Positions 59,275-64,000 of a stretch of DNA of 64,000 nucleotides are shown piece after piece. Source of the stretch: an uncultured delta proteobacterium. GTDB taxonomy: Bacteria > Desulfobacterota > Desulfobacteria > Desulfobacterales > Desulfosalsimonadaceae. The stretch lies in assembly GCA_963826785.1 (NCBI GenBank), contig CAWGYD010000001.1, positions 224,001 to 288,000 on the forward strand, read 5' to 3'. How positions within the stretch are numbered: position 1 is the stretch's first letter; every line of letters starts with the position of its first letter. The notes under the pieces are model-generated. The model was not told the origin of the DNA. It searched no databases and saw only the letters and a list, made by a program, of their open reading frames with translations. The position numbers were made by a program, and so were the translations under genes.

Positions 59275-61856
59275 CTATTCCGGCCGCCTGCCCTCGAGCA
59301 TCTCTCTTTTGGCAGGCGAGTGAAAGTACGTGTAGCGCCAGATGGCGGTTTCGCCATGACAGTCGATGCAGACCGCCTTGTCGCTGGATGTCCGCAGAAA
59401 ACTGGTGTCGGCATTACCCTCGGTGTTTTTGCCCGGGCCTTTTTGCCTGACCCGGTGGTCCCACATGAAGAAAGAATGGCAGGAAGAACATGACAGATCG
59501 CCGACATGGCTTTCTTTCCAGCCGCTGTCAAACAGCTTGATATGATTCGCGGGCAGGGCATGGGAGCGCATGATGTTATTCATGAGCTGTCCGGGCGGAT
59601 GTTCCGCCACCGCCGGGATCTTTTTTTCCGCGATTTGCCCTTTGGAATGGCAGCCCGTACACAGGCCGTTCATGGGATGCTGATGTTCACCTGAAGGGCC
59701 ATAAGCCCTGGCCCACAGCAGATGTTTTTTATCACTGTGATGGGCGGCATGGCACGCCCCGCACGGTCCAGATTCGGCCACCGTCTGCCCCTGCTGATTT
59801 GTCGCGGCGGGCGCGGTCACGAACAGGTCGTGGTCGGTTCCGGTCAGAAGTGCGGTATCTTCGTGGCAGACCACGCAAAGGTCCGGGGAAGGGGAGGCCG
59901 GTTTTCTCAGGAAACTGGTTTTCGCATTCCCCTCAATGTTTTTGACCGCTGAACCCTCTGCCGGTGAGGGCCGCGCAGGCATTGCCGTCTTCGGGTTTCC
60001 GGACGACCAGATATGGGGATCATGGCAGGTGCGGCACCTGATGATGTCGCCGTTTTCTCTGCCGCCCTCCGGGTTGAACAGGGGCAGCAGTCCACTGACG
60101 CTTGCGGACGGCGGGATTTGCGGCCCCTTAGAGACGACATCGACCGGATGATCGTTTTCTCCCGCCCGTTTTTCTTTTGCCGGGCCATTTTGGGAGTGGC
60201 ACCCGGTGCAGTATGGCCGGGCGGATTTATTTCCATCGGGGAGATTCCGGGCCCACAGGGTTTTATCCAGGGCGTTGTGCGGGATATGGCACGCGCCGCA
60301 GGGCCCGGCGACTTGCGCGGTAAAGCCCTGGATGTTGGTCGCCTCCGGTGCGGTCAATGCCAGGTTGTGATCAAATGACAGCAGCTGCTCTTTATCCCGG
60401 TGGCATGAAACGCACAGCGCCGATGTCTTGCTGGCGGATATCCTTAAAAAACTGTTGGCGGCGTCTCCTTCGGCGTCTTTTCCGCCCCTGACGGTCCGGT
60501 GCGGCCGGATCCCATTGATGAAGGTTGTGGCAGGTGGCGCACTGGACCGTGCCGCCGGCCCGGGGGTGGCCGTCTTTGGCAAAAACCGGAAGTTTATCCG
60601 TGAGCCCGGGCCGGGAAGGTTTCGGGTCCGTTTTTGAAACCGGACCCATATCGATGGGGTGGGAATATTTGCCGATGCCCTTGATCTTGTCTGTTTTTGT
60701 TTCACCGTGGCAGGACAGGCAGGTCCGGGAGGCCGGGTTGCCGGGCCCGAGCTTCCGGGCCCAGAGCCGGTATCCGGCCGAATTGTGGGGGATATGGCAG
60801 GCCCCGCACGGCCCGGATTCGGACAGCGGCTGTCCTTTCAGATTGGTTTCTTCGGGCAGGGTCATCCTCAGGTCATGCTGGGTTTTTACGATGCTTCGTT
60901 CCTTGTGGCAGGTCATGCAGAGCTGTGAATCGCGGTTATCCATCAGGGTTAAATTGCGTCCTTTCGCCCCGTGGACCCGGTGGCAGGTCTGGCAGGTGAC
61001 CGTATCTTTTTTTTCTGCTTCGACGGCCCCCAGCGCAAACAGCCTGTCCGGGATCTTGAGTTTATCCGTGTGCACCGGGTGGCTGTGGGTGCGCGTAAAG
61101 TCGGCTTCATTCACATGGCAGGTCTCGCACAGCCCGGAATCGATATTGCCGAGGCGAAGAAAGGACATGGGGCCGGGTATGGCTTCCTCGAGGGGGGTTG
61201 AAGGCTTTGCCGTTTCCCCGCTGTGCGGCGAATGGCACGTACCGCAGTAGATTTCGTCCTTGTTGCTCAAGGTCAGCGCATCCGGGATCTTCACATTCTC
61301 GGATGGCTTTTTGAAGGTGGTGTGGTTGTTTCCTTTCCACACCACATGGCGCGAATCGAGAACATAGCCGTCATGGCAGCTGTAACAGATCTCTTCGGAG
61401 CTGACGATCCCCTGGGTGTCTTTCATCAAGACATTTCCCGGCTGAAATTCGATCAACGTCTCCCGGTTGGTTCTAAACACATCCAGCCACATGACATGGC
61501 ACATGGCGCATTCTTTTTTAGACGATTTTTCAAGTGCGGCCAAAGCGGGCGGTGCAGCTGACCAGAATGAGCATGCATACAACGGAAAAGATATGGAGGC
61601 CGGGGCGGCCCGACACCCCCCTAAAGCCCCCCTCGAGGGGGGAATGGGGATGGGCTTGCCCCCCAAGCGGAGAAAGCTTTAAAAATTCCCCTATGATTGG
61701 AGAAATCTTTTTGAACCCGCTTTTGAGCGGGGAAATCTTCTTGAATCCCCCTTTGAGGGGGGAATTAAAGGGGGGTGTCCCCCCGGATGGATAAAAGCCC
61801 CCCCCAATGTGAGCTGCCTTCTCAGCTATGGTGCGACAGTGTAAAAAGTGTTTCAT
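59275..61856 (-). CDS. Large multiheme cytochrome c (18 CxxCH), frameshifted at about 60490 and about 61550
   Basis: ATG 61856 overlaps the NHL stop codon (ATGA). 9 CxxCH in 60392-61530 and 9 in 59275-60430. N- and C-termini are paralogous to the 20-heme protein. Confidence 0.82.
61612..61779. repeat. REP/MITE-like palindromic composite element within the 5' part of the 18-heme gene
   Basis: Inverted ends GACACCCCCC...GGGGGGTGTC, hairpins CCCCCCTCGAGGGGGG and CCCCCTTTGAGGGGG, and internal 30-nt tandem units. 168 bp long. Confidence 0.7.
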
Positions 61857-62800
61857 TGCGCCACTTTCAACACACGTATCCGGTTGGCGCGCATTTCCAC
61901 CACGTGGAGCCGGTTTTTCGCATCGAAGGCAATCCCCACGGGGGTGGTAAACTCCCTTTTGGTGCCGTTGTCGCAGACCACCCCGATAAACCCGCCCAGA
62001 TCCGTGAACGCCTGGATGCATCCCATGAAGCTGTCCGTCACAAACACCCGTCCGGATCCGTCGACGGCCACGCCCTTGGGCTTGAACAGTTCCCCCGGGC
62101 TCACCCCCCAGGTGCCGATTTCGGTGATATAGTTGCCGTAGGGATCAAACTCCTGGATTCTTGTGTTCAAGACATCGACGACAAATATCTGGTTGAATTC
62201 GTTTACCGCCAGGATGCCGGGGTAGCGGAACTTGCCCCGCACTTCGCCGAATCCGCCCCATTCGAACATGAAGGTGCCGTCCTGCTGGTGGACCTTTATC
62301 TTGTGGTTGTCGTTGTCCGAGACATACAAAAAATTCTTGAGATCGATGGCCAGCACATCCACGGGATCGGCCGGTTTTTCGCCCGCCGACGTCTTGACCG
62401 GGAACATGTATAAAAAGGCGCCGTTTGAATCAAACACCTGGATCCGGTGATTGCCGGTGTCCGCCACAAAAACCCGACCCTGTTTTGACACATCGATGCC
62501 CATGGGGAACTGAAACTCGCCCGGCCCGCTCCCGTTTTTGCCGAAGGTGAGCCGCACGGCACCCCGGCTGTCCATCACAATGATCCGGTTATTGACGCCG
62601 TCCACAAGGTACATGTCCCCCTGCGGGCCGATGGCCAGGTCGCTCGGCTGGTCGGCGCCCGAAGGCTCAAGGGTTGCAAGAACTTCGCTGCTGACGCACT
62701 CCATGGCCGCCAGCGGGTTTGCCGGGACCAGCAGCAGAAAGACAATTGCGGCCGCAGGGACCAGAAGATCCCTGATCCTGATGTGAAAGGGGCGTTTCAT
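61853..62800 (-). CDS. NHL-repeat beta-propeller, secreted
   Basis: Signal peptide and motifs PSDLAI, FQFPMGIDV, NHRIQVFD and FKPKGVAVD. Paralog of 51590-52591. Confidence 0.9.
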   Translation of the reverse strand: MKRPFHIRIRDLLVPAAAIVFLLLVPANPLAAMECVSSEVLATLEPSGADQPSDLAIGPQGDMYLVDGVNNRIIVMDSRGAVRLTFGKNGSGPGEFQFPMGIDVSKQGRVFVADTGNHRIQVFDSNGAFLYMFPVKTSAGEKPADPVDVLAIDLKNFLYVSDNDNHKIKVHQQDGTFMFEWGGFGEVRGKFRYPGILAVNEFNQIFVVDVLNTRIQEFDPYGNYITEIGTWGVSPGELFKPKGVAVDGSGRVFVTDSFMGCIQAFTDLGGFIGVVCDNGTKREFTTPVGIAFDAKNRLHVVEMRANRIRVLKVAQ

Positions 62801-63684
62801 CGTCCGTCCTGATCCTGATTCTGGTTCTGGTCCTGTGCGTTGGATCCCATTTGATCCGATTGCTTGAACAAGTCGGGGAGATAGAATTCATCGTACTTGG
62901 TGATCATCCCCTTGATGCTCAGGTTTTCCAGATCGGTGATCCGTTTTTGGGAAAACCCCAGTTTCGTAAAATCGAGGATGCTCTTTGATGAATGGCAGGT
63001 CTGGCATTCCGGCCCCTTGGGGCGGATGTCCACGTGAAATTTTTTGGTGATCCCCCCCCGCTGTTCGGGGGTGAGCTGATCCCGGATCTTTACATAGTCC
63101 TTTGCCAGTTCCGCCTTCTGCATGTGCAGGGTGGGGGAAAGATTTGCGCCGTTTTGGTAAAAGGGGGCGATTTTTGAAAGATGATCCACCGCACGCTTCA
63201 ACTCCCCGGTTTCAGGGTCGTAGGCGGTACCGAAAAAGGGGCCTTCCGGGTGCTCCTGGATCGGTGAATACCATTTGTATACAATGGTTTCGCCTTCCTT
63301 GACGTCTAAATGGCATGTCTCACAGGCGAAGAAATTGGTGTGCATGTTCAGCATGGCCCGGATCTTCTTGGTTTTGCCGTGGGGCAGCTTGGAATGACAG
63401 ATGAAGCAAGTCGGTTGGAGCGCTTCCGGAGCCTCCGGCAGATCGGCAAAGTGATGAAAGTGCCGGTGCTCCTCCATTTTCTTTTGCTGTTTGAATTCTT
63501 TGAGGATCGGTGATTCCTTTTCCTGGAATTTTTCCACCAGCGGGATCAAAAGCCCGGGCCCGTGGCTGGAAAAGGCAAGGTGGTTGACCACGCCGCCCAG
63601 CACGAAGAGGACCATGAACCACACGAAAAACCCGATCAGGTAAACCGGCCAGGGATGTTCCTGCCGTTTGGGGTCTCTATCCAT
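62797..63684 (-). CDS. Membrane-anchored triheme cytochrome c (paralog 1)
   Basis: GGGGAGG RBS before ATG 63684. N-terminal TM, HRHFHH, then CFICH, CETCH and CQTCH. Confidence 0.85.
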   Translation of the reverse strand: MDRDPKRQEHPWPVYLIGFFVWFMVLFVLGGVVNHLAFSSHGPGLLIPLVEKFQEKESPILKEFKQQKKMEEHRHFHHFADLPEAPEALQPTCFICHSKLPHGKTKKIRAMLNMHTNFFACETCHLDVKEGETIVYKWYSPIQEHPEGPFFGTAYDPETGELKRAVDHLSKIAPFYQNGANLSPTLHMQKAELAKDYVKIRDQLTPEQRGGITKKFHVDIRPKGPECQTCHSSKSILDFTKLGFSQKRITDLENLSIKGMITKYDEFYLPDLFKQSDQMGSNAQDQNQNQDQDGR

Positions 63685-64000
63685 TGCCTCCCCCTTCCTG
63701 ATCCGCATATCCCAGTTCGGATAACAGCGACCGCATGTATTCACGCTCTTCGGGAATTTCAGACAGGTTGCGCAGGTATTCCAGGAAATGCTCTTCCAGT
63801 TGATGCTCCCGCGTGATCCTGCCTGTAAAGACCGTCCATTGGGCGGGGAATCTGCCCGGTACGAGATGCACATTGGACAGATGCCAGAACGCAACGACGA
63901 TCAGGGCCATGATGGCCTCGTCCGCATGCATGATCCTGGCCAGGTCCTGGACAAACGACGGGTCAAAGGGCCACAGCAGCGCCACATATTCCGGGAACAG
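63677..64000 (-). CDS. C-terminal part of a cytochrome b subunit, paralog 1 (5' end outside the window)
   Basis: IMHADEAIMA...WHLSNVH...FTGRITREHQLEEH matches the other two cytochrome b genes. Confidence 0.85.
   Translation of the reverse strand: MFPEYVALLWPFDPSFVQDLARIMHADEAIMALIVVAFWHLSNVHLVPGRFPAQWTVFTGRITREHQLEEHFLEYLRNLSEIPEEREYMRSLLSELGYADQEGGGNG

Noticed and set aside
61680..61770. 30-nt periodic repeats as a CRISPR array
   Set aside because: The units are degenerate and abutting with no unique spacers, and there are no cas genes in the window.
62806..62835. Short hexamer repeat encoding QDQNQNQDQD
   Set aside because: A low-complexity, in-frame C-terminal tail with no evidence of function.

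Overview
This 64-kb window is bacterial and looks like a Desulfobacterota (Desulfobacterales-type) chromosome. That assignment is inferred from gene content: a DVU0150/TSUP/PPDK-like/sigma-54 module, a DUF362 gene and the multiheme cytochromes. The first ~39.7 kb holds housekeeping and accessory genes: MscS, an M16 peptidase, PiT plus DUF47, PpiD, tRNA-Ala(GGC), a YhaO/YhaN-like nuclease-ATPase pair, fatty acyl-CoA enzymes, YdbH-YnbE-YdbL, two sigma-54 activators with recognisable -24/-12 promoters, and a MITE. The last ~24.3 kb (39732-64000, minus strand, open at the right edge) is one co-directional cluster that looks like a complete electron conduit from the quinone pool to the cell surface. 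It has 12 c-type cytochrome genes carrying 91 canonical CxxCH motifs and 7 non-canonical motifs (my manual count). It also has three paralogous cytochrome b/c inner-membrane modules, 18- and 20-heme cytochromes, a 656-aa outer-membrane beta-barrel, four NHL beta-propellers, a tetraheme with the motif pattern of the Geobacter nanowire cytochrome OmcE, an OmcE-domain 12-heme fusion and an NrfJ-like lipoprotein. Several genes are split by single-base frameshifts, most likely assembly errors. All family assignments come from motif recognition; no database searches were run.
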